DNA of 64,000 nucleotides from Nitrospirota bacterium (lineage in GTDB: Bacteria > Nitrospirota > UBA9217). The DNA is taken from assembly GCA_963796285.1 (NCBI GenBank), contig CAWCKW010000012.1, positions 1,152,001-1,216,000 of the forward strand. The letters run 5' to 3'. The notes below the pieces were generated by a model, which was not told the DNA's origin, did not search any database, and was given only the letters and a program-made list of their open reading frames with translations. A program made the translations under genes and the position numbers. Below, piece by piece: positions 30,413 through 42,827 of the stretch. Each line of letters begins with the position of its first letter. Position 1 is the first letter of the stretch.

Positions 30413-30536
30413 ATCCGCAACTCAGAAAACAGCCCTTTTTTAAACGGGATTACAGGATACTCAAAGTAGGCGCTTCTAAGCGAAATCGGAGCTTACCTGC
30501 TTTATCCCGTCTGCCATGCTGATCATGAATACGGAT
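30413..30536 (-). ncRNA. candidate structured RNA (long bulged hairpin)
   Basis: Nested complementary segments AUCCGUA/UUGCGGAU, CAGC/GCUG, GACGGGAU/AUCCCGUU, CAGG/CCUG, GCUC/GAGU, CGCUU/AAGCG. Confidence 0.4.
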
Positions 30537-30569
30537 ATACTCACCTCTGTACCGCACGCTCCTCATCCT

Positions 30570-32914
30570 TTACTCGGTGAGCCTCAATCCGAAATCCGCG
30601 ATTCCCGCGGTCTTCTCGTAGATCCTCTTGTACTCGGCATAATTACGCAATACTTTTTTCACATATCCCCTGGTCTCGAAATAGGGTATCAGCTCGACAA
30701 ACTGGTCCCGCTCTCCCTGATAACCATTTTTCGCGATCCATCCTTGAACCGCCTCGGGTCCCGCGTTGTAGGCTGCTGCCACGAGCAGCGGATCGTTCTT
30801 GAACCGTTTCATAAGTTGACTGACATACCAGGTCCCGATATTGATCGCCATGTCGGAATCGAAGAGTTTCTCACGATCAAACCCGGGAATGCTGTTCGTC
30901 CGGGCAATCCACTCCCCGGTAGCCGGCATCACCTGCATCAGCCCCCGCGCGCCGGCGGGAGAGAGCGCCTCGGTCCGGAATTGGCTCTCCTCTTTGATAA
31001 TGGCTGCGATGAAGTAGGGGTCTTGATTGTACTTTCCGGCATAGGTAACGATGCTCTCCCAGTAGCCCTGCGGATAGGCAAGGAGCCACAGATCATCGGA
31101 CACACCGGGTGCCGGCCCGTCGAGAAAGTGCTCATACGTCCTGAGCACGATGATAAGGGAGTGATAAAAATCTCCCAGCTCGAAAAATACCTTGCTTAAT
31201 TCAATGAGCGCGCTGCGCCTTCTCGGCATCCCGTCCTTTACCGCCCACAGTTCCGTTGCCGCGTCTTTTTTCATATCCAGATGCATGAGCTCAAGGATTT
31301 TCCCGAAGCGTTCTTCCTTCGAAAGCATCTGTTTCATCTCTTCCGTCCACGGGGAAGGTCCTTCGTCAGTAGTCGACGCTAGTCAACGTTCCATCGGAAC
31401 AGAGGGTCTCGGCGCACGCCATCGCTGTATCGGCGGAATCGTCCGCCTTCATGACCACGGCGGCCCCCAGGACCGCCTTTCGCTCGGCTGCCCGGTATCC
31501 ATAATACGTATACGGTCCCTTTTTAAGCACCCGTTCGTAGTATCTCTCTGCAAGGGATTGCTCATCCCGTTTTTCTGCTGCCCGACCCTGCCAGTAGAGG
31601 GCCTGGTTCACCAGGAACGACCGGGGATAGCGGTTGACCAGGTCCTGCAGGGTGTGTTCAGCTTTTGTGTAATCGCCTGAAGTATAGTGCCACCATGCCT
31701 TCCACCAGATGGCGCTGTCGGCGTACTTGCTGTCGGAATACTCCAGCACCAGTCTGTCATAGTACTGAACCGCCTTATTCATGTCGCCTGATTCCCGGTA
31801 GATGTTGCCGATCAGAAAGAGGGCGTCATCGCACCACTCGCTGTCGGGAAAGACCTCAAGCAGTTTCTGAAAGGTCTTCACCCCATGGTCCCAGTCACCG
31901 AGCTTGCTGTAAGTCTTCCCCAGCCAGTACAACGAGTCGGCTGCTCTCGCATCGGACGGATAATCCCGTATCATTTTTTCCAGAATGACCGCGGCCTCTC
32001 CCCGTTTGCCGAGATAATAAAGCGATACGCCGGTGCGGTACAGGGCGTCAGGACGGTCCGGCGAGTTCGGTTCTTTCTCCAGGAACTTTGTGAACGTCTC
32101 AACTGCACTTTCATGCAGGCTGGCATGGAAAAGGTTCCTGCCGCGCTCGTACAGTTCAGCTGGGGCGAGTTCGGGGATTTCCACGCCGCTTCCCTTGAAC
32201 AAGGTCAGCGCCGCTTCAACTTCCCGGTCATTCGGTTGACCGGGATACCTGACCCAGACGTCCTGGTAGGCACGCACAGCTTGAGCAAGATCAGCTTCCG
32301 CTGTCAGCGCGCGTCCGAGTCCGAGACCGGCGGCGGGAGCAAACTCGGAACGCGGGTTGTCCTTCAGGAACGAAGCATACGCCTCTGCCGCCTGCCGGTA
32401 TGCATAGGATTCGAAGAGGGCCTGAGCACGCTTAAATGCGGCGCGCACGATAAGGGAGCTCCGTGGATATTTCTCGATCACCTGCTCGTACAGGCGCGGC
32501 TGCCTCGGAATACCGGGACTGTGTAATGTGATAGTCAGCCATCAGAAAGACAGCGTAGTCGGCAAGCTCCGGATATTCCGCCTGCACCCGGAGCATGGCC
32601 TCGGCCGCCTCGGAGCTCCGGTCAAGCTGGATGAGCGCCTGCTCGGTCAGGAACAATGTGCGTTTGTACCAGGGAGTGTTCGGATAGAGGTCCAAGGTCC
32701 GGCGGGCAATGACAAGTGTATTCTCGGCGTTTCCTGCTCGAAATGCAGCTCGTGCGGCCTTGAAACCTTGTTCAGCATCGGTATCTGGATTGCCGGTTCC
32801 CTCCGATCGAAGAGACTGAGCGTCCGGGACAACGGGTGGGAGCGTCTTTTCACCAACACAAGCTGAAAGGATCAGAAGCACGGAAAATGACGCGATGTGT
32901 ATTGAATAATTCAT
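30570..32914 (-). CDS. TPR-containing soluble lytic transglycosylase lipoprotein (frameshifts near 32490, 31370)
   Basis: LSAC lipobox and many TPRs. SLT motifs IKEESQF, GARGLMQVMP, AAYNAG, ETRGYV. Confidence 0.9.
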
Positions 32915-33034
32915 GTTTAGTCGAGGATAAAATAGAAGCGTATCGCATTAATCCACATAGTATAATATAGTCCCGTGATGTACAAGTCAATAGAAGTTAT
33001 GCTTGAGCCGGTAGATGATAACTTGCTGATAACG

Positions 33035-33730
33035 TTAGCTATGAAGAAGGAAGCGGGGCAATTGTTCCAAAGCGGTCTTGAGGCGCAGGATAAAACGTTC
33101 GTCAGGAGAGGTGATTGCGTCGGCATTCTCGGATGCAGGAACAGGCGGAGTGTCAGGACTGTAAACGAACATGTGGAACGCAACTGACGTCACTGGTTTA
33201 TCGGGCAGCGGCAGCAGTTCGATTTCATTCACGAACTCGATCCATCGGTCCGCCATCCGGATTTGCCGGGCAACATCCTGGGTCTTCAAATAATCGCCTA
33301 CTGTTCTTGCAGGCAGTGGCGCGAGACCGTGACAGATATTCCGTCCCGGCAGGACGAACCTGGACTGCATGCCGTCATACACGCGACCGATCGGAAAGAG
33401 CCTGCACGCCAGCGGCCGGGCCTTATAAATGCGGCACCCTTTCTCCGTCCAGAAGTGGCAGACAGGGTTTCGTGGCAGCATGACCAGAGGAAATCCGTTT
33501 GCCCGGTCCGTATCGACGAAATCGAGCAGGTCCTCATAGCTCATGGCGCTTTCGCGGCAAATGAGCGCGATCTCGTAGGGATTGAGGACGATAGGGGCGC
33601 TCGCCTTGCAGCAATTCGATTCGCAGCCGCTTAAACCGCACGACAACTGCAGCAGATCGGTTTCCTCAAGCACTGCCGCATCTGAGCCGGCGATCTTAAT
33701 GACAGGTGATGGATTGGTTGACATCTGCAT
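33035..33730 (-). CDS. YkgJ-family cysteine cluster protein
   Basis: CGLSGCESNCC, CHFW..KGCRIYKARPLACRLFP, CHG. Confidence 0.85.
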   Translation of the reverse strand: MQMSTNPSPVIKIAGSDAAVLEETDLLQLSCGLSGCESNCCKASAPIVLNPYEIALICRESAMSYEDLLDFVDTDRANGFPLVMLPRNPVCHFWTEKGCRIYKARPLACRLFPIGRVYDGMQSRFVLPGRNICHGLAPLPARTVGDYLKTQDVARQIRMADRWIEFVNEIELLPLPDKPVTSVAFHMFVYSPDTPPVPASENADAITSPDERFILRLKTALEQLPRFLLHS

Positions 33731-33865
33731 TGTTAGAACGGAAGGAAGTTAAGAAGGTGTAAAGGCAGGACAGGAATATAATAAAAAACGGTACCTGCAT
33801 GCCTTCTCACCCTCTACCCGTCCTGACCTCTTACTTTCTTAGTCTTCTCAACTTCCTGTTTCCGT

Positions 33866-34771
33866 TCACTTCGAGATCAGCCTTCCGCCCGTCTTTGCCT
33901 GCCACACGACCAGGATGGGGCTGGCGACGAATATCGACGAATAGGTCCCAACGATCACGCCCAACAGAAGCGCGATCGAGAAGTCGTGCAGCACTTCTCC
34001 GCCGAACAGGACAAGCGGAATGAGCACGATGACCACCGTGAGCGAGGTAATGATGGTACGGGACAGCACTTCGTTGATGCTGTTGTTCACCAGCTGAGGC
34101 AGCGTATCTTTCTTATTGCGCTTCAGATTTTCCCTGATCCGGTCGAAGACCACCACCGTGTCCGTGAGCGAATAGCCCGCAAGCGTGAGCAATGCCGTGA
34201 CGATCAGCAGGTTGATCTCCCAATTCATTGCGAAGAAGATACCCAGCACGGCAAGAACATCGTGAATGGTCGCAATGGCGGCCGCCACGCCGAACTTGAA
34301 CTCGAACCGGAACGCGATATAGATAATGATCGCGATCATCGAGACCGTGATGGCCACGAGCGCGTCGCGCTGGACTGCCTTGCCGATCACCGGCCCGATT
34401 TCCGTGATGCTGTCCACCTCAAAGGCATTGTTCGGGAGTTCCTGTTTGAATAGATTCTGGACCTTGTCCGACGTGCCTTCGGACTCCCGGAGCCTGATCA
34501 ATATCTTGTTTCCTTCACCAACCTGCTGGACCGAAGCACCCTGGAACCCGCTCTTATCGAGCGCGGTGCGCGCCTTTTCGACGGAAACCGGTTCCTTGAA
34601 ACTGAGCTGCATCGTGGTGCCGCCCACGAAATCAATGCCGAGATTTGCTTTGCCGCGACCGACCTGGATCAGACCAACGATGCCGAGTGCTATCAGCAGT
34701 CCGGAAATCGTGAACGAGATGTTCTTCCAACCCATGAAATTGATATTTGTCTTGTGCAATATTTGAAGCAT
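33866..34771 (-). CDS. secF: protein translocase subunit SecF
   Basis: LGIDFVGG, IHDV, GYSLTDTVVVFDRIRE, GTYSSIFVA. Confidence 0.96.
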   Translation of the reverse strand: MLQILHKTNINFMGWKNISFTISGLLIALGIVGLIQVGRGKANLGIDFVGGTTMQLSFKEPVSVEKARTALDKSGFQGASVQQVGEGNKILIRLRESEGTSDKVQNLFKQELPNNAFEVDSITEIGPVIGKAVQRDALVAITVSMIAIIIYIAFRFEFKFGVAAAIATIHDVLAVLGIFFAMNWEINLLIVTALLTLAGYSLTDTVVVFDRIRENLKRNKKDTLPQLVNNSINEVLSRTIITSLTVVIVLIPLVLFGGEVLHDFSIALLLGVIVGTYSSIFVASPILVVWQAKTGGRLISK

Positions 34772-34793
34772 CGTACCCTCCAAAAAGGCATTA

Positions 34794-34844
34794 ACCACAG
34801 AGGTCACCGAGTTAACCTTTCGCTCCCTCTGCGTTCTCTGTGGT
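34794..34844. repeat. CACAGAG-type imperfect palindrome between secD and secF
   Basis: ACCACAGAG...CTCTGCGTTCTCTGTGGT. Confidence 0.6.
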
Positions 34845-34859
34845 AGATTTTACTGATAG

Positions 34860-36434
34860 TTATATACTCAGCTTCTCCAGCTTCCACTTCGCATTGACGA
34901 TATCGAAGATCACCTTGGTGCCCACGAGGGCTGAATACAGGTTGATGATGATGCCGAGGCTGAGCGTCACGGCAAACCCCTTGATGGCCCCCGTTCCGAA
35001 CAGGAACAGCGCTGCCGCTGTGATAAGCGTGGTCACGTGCGAGTCAAGGATCGTCAGGAACGCCTTGTCATACCCCGAGTCGACCGCAGGCCTCGGCTGT
35101 TTGCCCGCGCGGATCTCTTCGCGGATGCGCTCGAACATCAGCACGTTCGAGTCCACGCCCATGCCGATCGTAAGGATGATGCCCGCGATTCCCGGCAACG
35201 TAAGCGTGGCATTCAGGAGCGCCATGGCACCCAGGAGCAGCACCATGTTCAGGACCACGGCATAGTCCGCGATGAGCCCCGACATGCGGTAGTAAACGAC
35301 CATGAATACGAGGACGAACATTCCGCCGAACAGCGCCGCTTTCACGCCCTTGTCGATGGAATCCTGGCCAAGCGACGGTCCAACGGTCACGTTCTGCACG
35401 ATCCTCATGGGAGCGGGAAGTGATTCGCGCAGCACGATCGCGAGCTTCGCCGCTTCATCGTGCGTGAAGTTCCCGGTGATCTGCGCATTGCCGCCGCTGA
35501 TCCGGTCCTGGATCCGCGGTGCGGAGTGAACCACGCCGTCCAGCACGATGGCGAGCTGCTTGCCCACGTTCTCGCCGGTAACGCGGTCGAAGATCTTGGC
35601 GCCTTCACTGTCGAAGGAGATGGAGATCGCCGGCTTGTTGTACTGGTCGATCCCGACCTTTGCCTCTTTCAGCCGATCGCCCGTCAAGAGTGTCTGTTTG
35701 TACACGAGGTAAGGCCGCTTGATGACCTTCCCGCTCTCATCAACGTCCTCGCCGTACAGCACCTCGCTGTCCGCGGGGACCGTGCCTGCAATCGCCTTCT
35801 GCAGGTCGGCCGTGGTGTTCAGGAGCTTGAACTCCAGCCTGCCGGCGGTCTTGATGAACGCGATCGCTTCCTGCGGGTTCTTCACGCCTGGAAGCTGAAG
35901 CGCGATCTGGTCGTGTTCCTGTTTGTAGATGGCAGGCTCGGCCACGCCGTATTTGTCGACCCTGCGGCGGGTGCGTTCGAGCGCCTGGGTCACGGCCCAT
36001 TCCTTAAGGCGCCTGGCCTCGGCCGGCGTTCATGGCATACACCTGCTCGCCCTTTGCCCGGTCCTTGATCGTCGATGATCTTATAGCTGTCCTTGACGAG
36101 TTTCTCTACTTTCTCGGCAAGCGGCTCTTCGAACTTTGCGGTAATGTCCTGGCCCGTCCTGGTGAAGGTCACGGCGAGCTTCTCTGCGTGCTGCCGAGGT
36201 CTGCAGGTCGGCCACGATATTGTCCACGGACGACTCCACCGCCTTGGCAGTATCAACCTCCATCACCAGGTGGCTGCCCCCCCTGAGGTCGAGTCCCAGC
36301 GATATCTTGGGCACGCTCTGCCTCCACCAGTCCGGCAGGCCGGCCGATAACGGCGTCGACGGCACGAACAAAAACAGCGCGATCGCGACCGAAAGGGCGA
36401 TGAGCGCCAGTCTCCATTGAATGCTCTTCTTCAT
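34860..36434 (-). CDS. secD: protein translocase subunit SecD (frameshifts near 36190 and 36000-36060)
   Basis: LGLDLRGG, VGPSLG, TLTLPGIAG, GMGVDSNVLMFERIREE. Confidence 0.95.
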
Positions 36435-36467
36435 TTACTTGCCTCCTAACATGCAAAACAGGGATGA

Positions 36468-36541
36468 GCCGCGAGTGACACGAATGTCACGTCTGAAAAC
36501 CCGGCATTGTTTTTCTCGGTGACCGCTGTGCTCTCTGCGGC
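36468..36541. repeat. degenerate CGCAGAG-type palindrome between yajC and secD
   Basis: GCCGCGAG...TTCTCGGTGACCGCTGTGCTCTCTGCGGC. Confidence 0.5.
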
Positions 36542-36561
36542 AATACTAGTTAAGACTCAGC

Positions 36562-36897
36562 TTACTTCTTTTCGCCCTCGGGTTTCACGACATCCCCCAC
36601 CGAACCGCGGGTGATCTTCACCTTGACGCCTTCGGCGATCTTGACGGTGAGCGTATCGGGGTTCACCCCATCGACCGTTCCGTAGATGCCGCCGGCCGTG
36701 ACGATCTCGTCGCCCTTCTTGATCGCTTCCAGCATCTTTTTGTGTTCTTTCATCTTCTTCTGCTGGGGACGGATCATGATGAAATAGAAGATGGCGAATA
36801 TCACGACCATCATGATGATGCCCTGGTACCCGCCGCCTCCCTGGGCCGCCTGATCGCCTCCCGGTGCTCCCATTGCGTAAGCTGTAGCGATAAACAT
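36562..36897 (-). CDS. yajC: preprotein translocase subunit YajC
   Basis: FYFIMIRPQQKK, KKGDEIVTAGGIYG. Confidence 0.96.
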   Translation of the reverse strand: MFIATAYAMGAPGGDQAAQGGGGYQGIIMMVVIFAIFYFIMIRPQQKKMKEHKKMLEAIKKGDEIVTAGGIYGTVDGVNPDTLTVKIAEGVKVKITRGSVGDVVKPEGEKK

Positions 36898-37009
36898 GTG
36901 TACCTCCTCACAATTAAATTTAAAATTTAAAAATCCAAAATTCAAAAATTATCAAAAGCTAAAATCCAATAGAATAGTTGGACGTTGATCTTTGATATTT
37001 GAACTTCTG

Positions 37010-38128
<1,119 letters not shown>

Positions 38129-38240
38129 GATATTTCAGATATCAGGAGTCATGCGGATTCAGATGTCAGACAAAACCTAAACGTGAGTATTTCTTTTTCC
38201 AGTCCGCATTCCGCAAGTCCGTCACTCCGTCATCTGAGAT

Positions 38241-39905
38241 TCACATTCTCTCCGGCGCATTCACACCCAGTATCTTGAGCGCGCTCTGGATCACCGTCTT
38301 CACCTGTTTCATAAGGAACAACTTAACGGCCGTACGCTTAAGATCCTCGGTAATGACCCGGTGTTTGAAATAATAGTTATGCAGCAGACCGGCGAGGTCC
38401 TGCAGATAGAATGTCAGCCGGTGCGGTTCGTATGCCAGTGCGGCCTCTTCGATGACCTCGGGATACTTCGCGAGCGCCTTGATGATGTTCTGTTCTTCCG
38501 GGAGATCGAGAAGCGAAAGATCAACAGCATCGCTCTTCGGGACGTTGATGCTTCTGGTCTCGGCCTCGCGGAACAGGCTCGCGAGCCGGGCGTGAGCGTA
38601 CTGCACGTAGTACACCGGGTTCTCCCGCGACTGTTCCTTGGCGATATCGAGGTCAAAATCCAGATGGCTGTCGGACCGGCGGGTAAGAAAAATATACCGC
38701 GCCGCGTCGCTGCCCACATCCTGCACCACGTCCCGGAGCGTAACGAAGTTCCCCGCCCGCTTCGACATGGGCACGGGCTGGCCGTGGCGAAGGATCGAGA
38801 CGAGCTGGACCAGCAGCACATGGAGCGAATCCTTTGGATGGCCGAAGGCCTGGATCACGGCCTGCACGCGCGGGATATAGCCGTGGTGGTCCGCTCCCCA
38901 GATGTTCACGAGCGTTGTGAACCCGCGCGCCAGTTTGTTCCGGTGGTAGGCGATGTCCGTGGCCAGATAGGTGTAGCTCTTGTCCTTTTTCGTCACCACA
39001 CGGTCTTTATCGTCACCGAAGGTGGTTGAGCGCAACCACAAAGCGCCGTCCTGCTCATAACAGTTCCTGCTTTCCAGCAGTTCATCGATGGACCGCTGCA
39101 CGGAGCCGTCCTTGAGCAGCGCTGCTTCGCTGAACCAGGTGTCGAACCGAACGCCAAAGGCCTCGAGGTCCGTCCTGATGTCGGCAAGCATGGCCTCTTT
39201 GCCGAAGTCTCCGAACTGCTGAACGCATTCCTCAAAAGGCACGTTCAGATATTTATTTCCGTGGAGCTTGATGAATCCCTGGGCGATCTCCTCGATATAG
39301 CTGCCGTGGTAGCCGTCTTCGGGAAACGGCACGTCATTATCGAGCGACTGCTGATACCGCGCATAGACAGACTGGGCGAGGAGACGGATCTGCCTGCCTG
39401 CGTCGTTGATATAGAACTCCCGGGTGACATCGTACCCTACCGCGGCAAGCAGGTTCGCCAGGGCATCGCCGATCGCCGCGCCCCTGCCGTGCCCTACGTG
39501 CAGAGGTCCGGTCGGGTTCGCGCTCACGAATTCCACGAGCACCCGTTCGCCTTTGCCGATGTTCTTCAGACCGTAAGCGGGGCCTTCTGAATCTATTTCA
39601 AAGAGCGTCTTTTTCCAGCGGTCCTGCTTGAAGGTAAAATTGATGAACCCCGGACCCGCGATCTCGGTCTTCGCGAGGACCCCGTCCTCGTCCTGGATAT
39701 TGGCGACAATGATCTCAGCGATCTTACGGGGTGGCTTGGACTCCGGTTTCGCCAGGGTCAAGGCAAGCGTGGTGGCGAGGTCTCCGTGGTTCTTTTCCCT
39801 CGGGGTGTCGAGCGTGATTGCCGGCTGCGTTTCGAGCTTCAGTTCACCATTATCTTTGGCCCGGGTAAGGGCCTGGAGCAGGATTTCAGTCAGGGTTTGT
39901 TTCAT
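38241..39905 (-). CDS. argS: arginine--tRNA ligase
   Basis: EFVSANPTGPLHVGHGRGA, WGADHHGY, MSKRAG, YYVQYAHAR, APERM. Confidence 0.99.
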   Translation of the reverse strand: MKQTLTEILLQALTRAKDNGELKLETQPAITLDTPREKNHGDLATTLALTLAKPESKPPRKIAEIIVANIQDEDGVLAKTEIAGPGFINFTFKQDRWKKTLFEIDSEGPAYGLKNIGKGERVLVEFVSANPTGPLHVGHGRGAAIGDALANLLAAVGYDVTREFYINDAGRQIRLLAQSVYARYQQSLDNDVPFPEDGYHGSYIEEIAQGFIKLHGNKYLNVPFEECVQQFGDFGKEAMLADIRTDLEAFGVRFDTWFSEAALLKDGSVQRSIDELLESRNCYEQDGALWLRSTTFGDDKDRVVTKKDKSYTYLATDIAYHRNKLARGFTTLVNIWGADHHGYIPRVQAVIQAFGHPKDSLHVLLVQLVSILRHGQPVPMSKRAGNFVTLRDVVQDVGSDAARYIFLTRRSDSHLDFDLDIAKEQSRENPVYYVQYAHARLASLFREAETRSINVPKSDAVDLSLLDLPEEQNIIKALAKYPEVIEEAALAYEPHRLTFYLQDLAGLLHNYYFKHRVITEDLKRTAVKLFLMKQVKTVIQSALKILGVNAPERM

Positions 39906-40034
39906 CGATGGTCAACATTTTCCTCGCTGTTTACAAGTGTGAAAGTATATCGTATCTTCAAGAAAAGTCAATAAAATAATCCCTTTACTTAGCAAAATCG
40001 GTGTGGTATTTTATAATAAGAGGTGCGAACGTAC

Positions 40035-40490
40035 ATGTGGGTCCAGATGAACGTAAATACCATCCTTTTCGACAGCCGGAACAGCAGTTACATCGTCGTA
40101 CTGAAGGATGAAACAGGAAAAAAGATCCTGCCCATCTGGATCGGGGCCGCGGAGGGTAACTCCATAGCCTTGGCCATGAGCAATGTCAAACCTGCCCGTC
40201 CCCTCACCCATGACCTGATCACCAGCATCTTCGACCGCCTGGAGGTCGAGATCGCCCGCGTGGTCATCAGCGACCTGATCGACAATACGTTCTTCGCTTC
40301 GCTCTACCTTCTGCACAACAACAAGGAGTTCCATATCGATTCCCGTCCCAGCGACGCAATCGCCATCGCCATGCGGATCGGTGCGCCCGTTTTTGTGGAA
40401 GAGGACGTGATCGCCAAGCAGGACTCTTCTACGCTCGATACATGGATGAAGAACCTCGGCGAGAGCGGCGGTACCGAATTCAACGCATAA
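40035..40490 (+). CDS. bifunctional nuclease family protein (DUF151)
   Basis: LPIWIG, RPLTHDL, DSRPSDAIAIA. Confidence 0.92.
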   Translation: MWVQMNVNTILFDSRNSSYIVVLKDETGKKILPIWIGAAEGNSIALAMSNVKPARPLTHDLITSIFDRLEVEIARVVISDLIDNTFFASLYLLHNNKEFHIDSRPSDAIAIAMRIGAPVFVEEDVIAKQDSSTLDTWMKNLGESGGTEFNA

Positions 40491-40646
40491 TCGGTCAGAA
40501 TCGAAACTGATCTCTGACCGTTATTGGAAATTGATGATTGGAAATTTGAAAGTGGAAATTTTCAAACTTCGTGCCCTTTAAATCCGCATTCCACCTGTCC
40601 CGGCGTTTTCGCAAGAGCCGGGGCAAACCACATTCCGCAATTTAGA

Positions 40647-41246
40647 TCATATCCCCCACCTCGGCGACAGATCGTTCTCGACCCCCATGCTGTCCAGCAC
40701 CCGTCCCGCGATGAAGTCCACCATGTCCGAAATGTGTTTGGGATGATGATAGAACGCCGGCATGGCCGGGATAATATGGCACCCGACCTCGGCAAGGGTA
40801 AGCATGTTCCTGAGGTGGATGGCAGAGAGCGGCGTCTCGCGCGGCACAAGGACGAGCTTCCGTTTCTCCTTGATCATGACGTCCGCTGCGCGCTCTATGA
40901 GGTTCGAGGCGAAGCCGTTGGCAATGGACGCCAGTGTCTTCATGGAGCAGGGCACTACGACCATGGCGTCGATCTTGACCGACCCGCTCGCGATGGTCGC
41001 GTACATGTAATTCTCATCATAGTACGTGATCTGGCCTTCTTGGGCCTTGAAATGCTGTTCAAGCGCAAACTGGATGTCCGTTTCCGAGCCTTTGAGCTTG
41101 AGCTCCGTCTCATCGTTCAGGATGGACAGCCCTTCTCCGGAAATACATAGGTAGATAGTGTGGCCGTTTTTGATGAGCGTATTAAGCACCCGGTAGGCGT
41201 AGGGTGCTCCACTTGCGCCTGATATCGCTACGGTATAGGTTGACAT
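40647..41246 (-). CDS. ubiX: flavin prenyltransferase UbiX
   Basis: ISGASGA, IASGS, PCSMKTL, RAADV, VPRETP, PAMPAFY. Confidence 0.95.
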   Translation of the reverse strand: MSTYTVAISGASGAPYAYRVLNTLIKNGHTIYLCISGEGLSILNDETELKLKGSETDIQFALEQHFKAQEGQITYYDENYMYATIASGSVKIDAMVVVPCSMKTLASIANGFASNLIERAADVMIKEKRKLVLVPRETPLSAIHLRNMLTLAEVGCHIIPAMPAFYHHPKHISDMVDFIAGRVLDSMGVENDLSPRWGI

Positions 41247-41279
41247 GGTTTTGTCCTTTCTTTCGTTCTTTACTTCAAT

Positions 41280-41363
41280 CATCCCGGTGTGTTTTTATCG
41301 GGACTCTGACCCTGTCCTCTCTGTTCCAAAAAACGGATTCCCGATGAAACCTTCGGGAATGAC
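41280..41363. repeat. REP-like palindrome of the GTCAT(T/C)CC...GGAATGAC type
   Basis: CATCCCGGTG...TCGGGA and GGATTCCCGATGAAACCTTCGGGAATGAC. Confidence 0.55.
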
Positions 41364-41400
41364 CTGTTTTTGAAAAACTCGGATGGTTTATATTCTCATC

Positions 41401-42630
41401 TCAGTTACTGTTAATGACTTCCAGCCTCTTGACCGCAAGCATCGACAGCATTACGCTCGCCAGCATCGCCAGAGACGCTCCCATGCCGAAGGCCGCTGCT
41501 GCACCAAATTTCTGCCACACCAGGCCGAAGAGCAACGATGCCGGAAGCGCGCCGATCCCCACGATCAGATGGTAGAGACCGAAAGAGGAGCCTCGCAGAT
41601 GCACGGGGGCGAAATCAGCCACGAGCGCCTTTTCGACCCCTTCGGTAAGACCGAAATATATCCCGTAAACCGCGAAGAGCGCCCAGGCATGCCACTGCCG
41701 GTTTGCCAAACCGAAGGCGGCGTATACAAGAGCGTACACAATCCAGCCGGCTACGATCACCTTCTTCCGACCGATACGGTCGGAAAGAATACCGCCCGGA
41801 ACAGAAAAGCCCATCTTGACCACATGGAGCACGACCCAGATCATGGGCAGGAGCGTCACGGACACGCCCAGCCGTTGAGCGCGGAGAAGCAGAAACGCGT
41901 CCGTTGAATTACCGAGCGTGAAAACGAGGATGATCAGAAGATATTTCCGGAAACCCGCGGGCATCTCAGCCCAGGCAGACCGAATGTTGAACGACGCTGA
42001 CGCGGCACGCGGGACTTCAGCCGGTTTTTCCTTGAGGCCGAAGAGAAGCATGAGCACCGCAAGCAGGCCGGGAACGAACGAGAGCAGGAAAATGGTCTTG
42101 AGGTCGTCGTGATAGATAAGCAGCAGTCCGGTCGCGGCGAGCGGGCCGACGATGGCCCCGCTGTGGTCCATCGCTCGGTGAAATCCGTAGGCCTTGCCCC
42201 GGAACTCGGCGGGTGTTGAATCCGCGATGATCGCGTCGCGCGGTGACGTTCGAAGACCTTTGCCCACCCGGTCCAGGAACCGGAGCGTTAGTACATGCAG
42301 CCATGAAGTGGAGAAGGCGATGAGCGGCCGGATCACGTTTGATATTGAATAGCCCGCGATGATCCAGCCCTTGCGACGCTTGACCCGGTCCGACAGATAT
42401 CCGGAGTAGAGCTTGAGCAGCGAGGCAGTGGCCTCGGCAATCCCCTCGATGATCCCGAGCGCAGCGGGCCCCGCGCCCAGCACGGCAGTAAGGAAGACCG
42501 GCAAGAGCGGGTAGATCATTTCCGACGCTCCGTCATTCAGGAGACTGACGAATCCGAGGACAATGACGTTTCTGGTAAGGCCCTTGCGCCAGCCGGATGG
42601 AGTTGATCTCGTTTCAGTTATTGCAGCCAT
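41401..42630 (-). CDS. MFS transporter
   Basis: 12 hydrophobic segments. GYLSDRVKRRK, DRVGKGLRTSPRDA, GILSDRIGRKK. Confidence 0.93.
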   Translation of the reverse strand: MAAITETRSTPSGWRKGLTRNVIVLGFVSLLNDGASEMIYPLLPVFLTAVLGAGPAALGIIEGIAEATASLLKLYSGYLSDRVKRRKGWIIAGYSISNVIRPLIAFSTSWLHVLTLRFLDRVGKGLRTSPRDAIIADSTPAEFRGKAYGFHRAMDHSGAIVGPLAATGLLLIYHDDLKTIFLLSFVPGLLAVLMLLFGLKEKPAEVPRAASASFNIRSAWAEMPAGFRKYLLIILVFTLGNSTDAFLLLRAQRLGVSVTLLPMIWVVLHVVKMGFSVPGGILSDRIGRKKVIVAGWIVYALVYAAFGLANRQWHAWALFAVYGIYFGLTEGVEKALVADFAPVHLRGSSFGLYHLIVGIGALPASLLFGLVWQKFGAAAAFGMGASLAMLASVMLSMLAVKRLEVINSN

Positions 42631-42827
42631 AGTGAATGCTGACTTTACCTGATTTGAGTTTTTTTTTCAATAACCATGTTCGTCCTGGAGTACAACCAGG
42701 CATAGGAGGGCTGTCAAAGGCCATGCATCGTCATAATAAATCTTGCTTCTTTTATAAGTTGCTATAAACTAAAAAAGAATAATGGGTTCTCAACCATTCT
42801 ATTCTACTGATTGGGAGGAATACTGAA

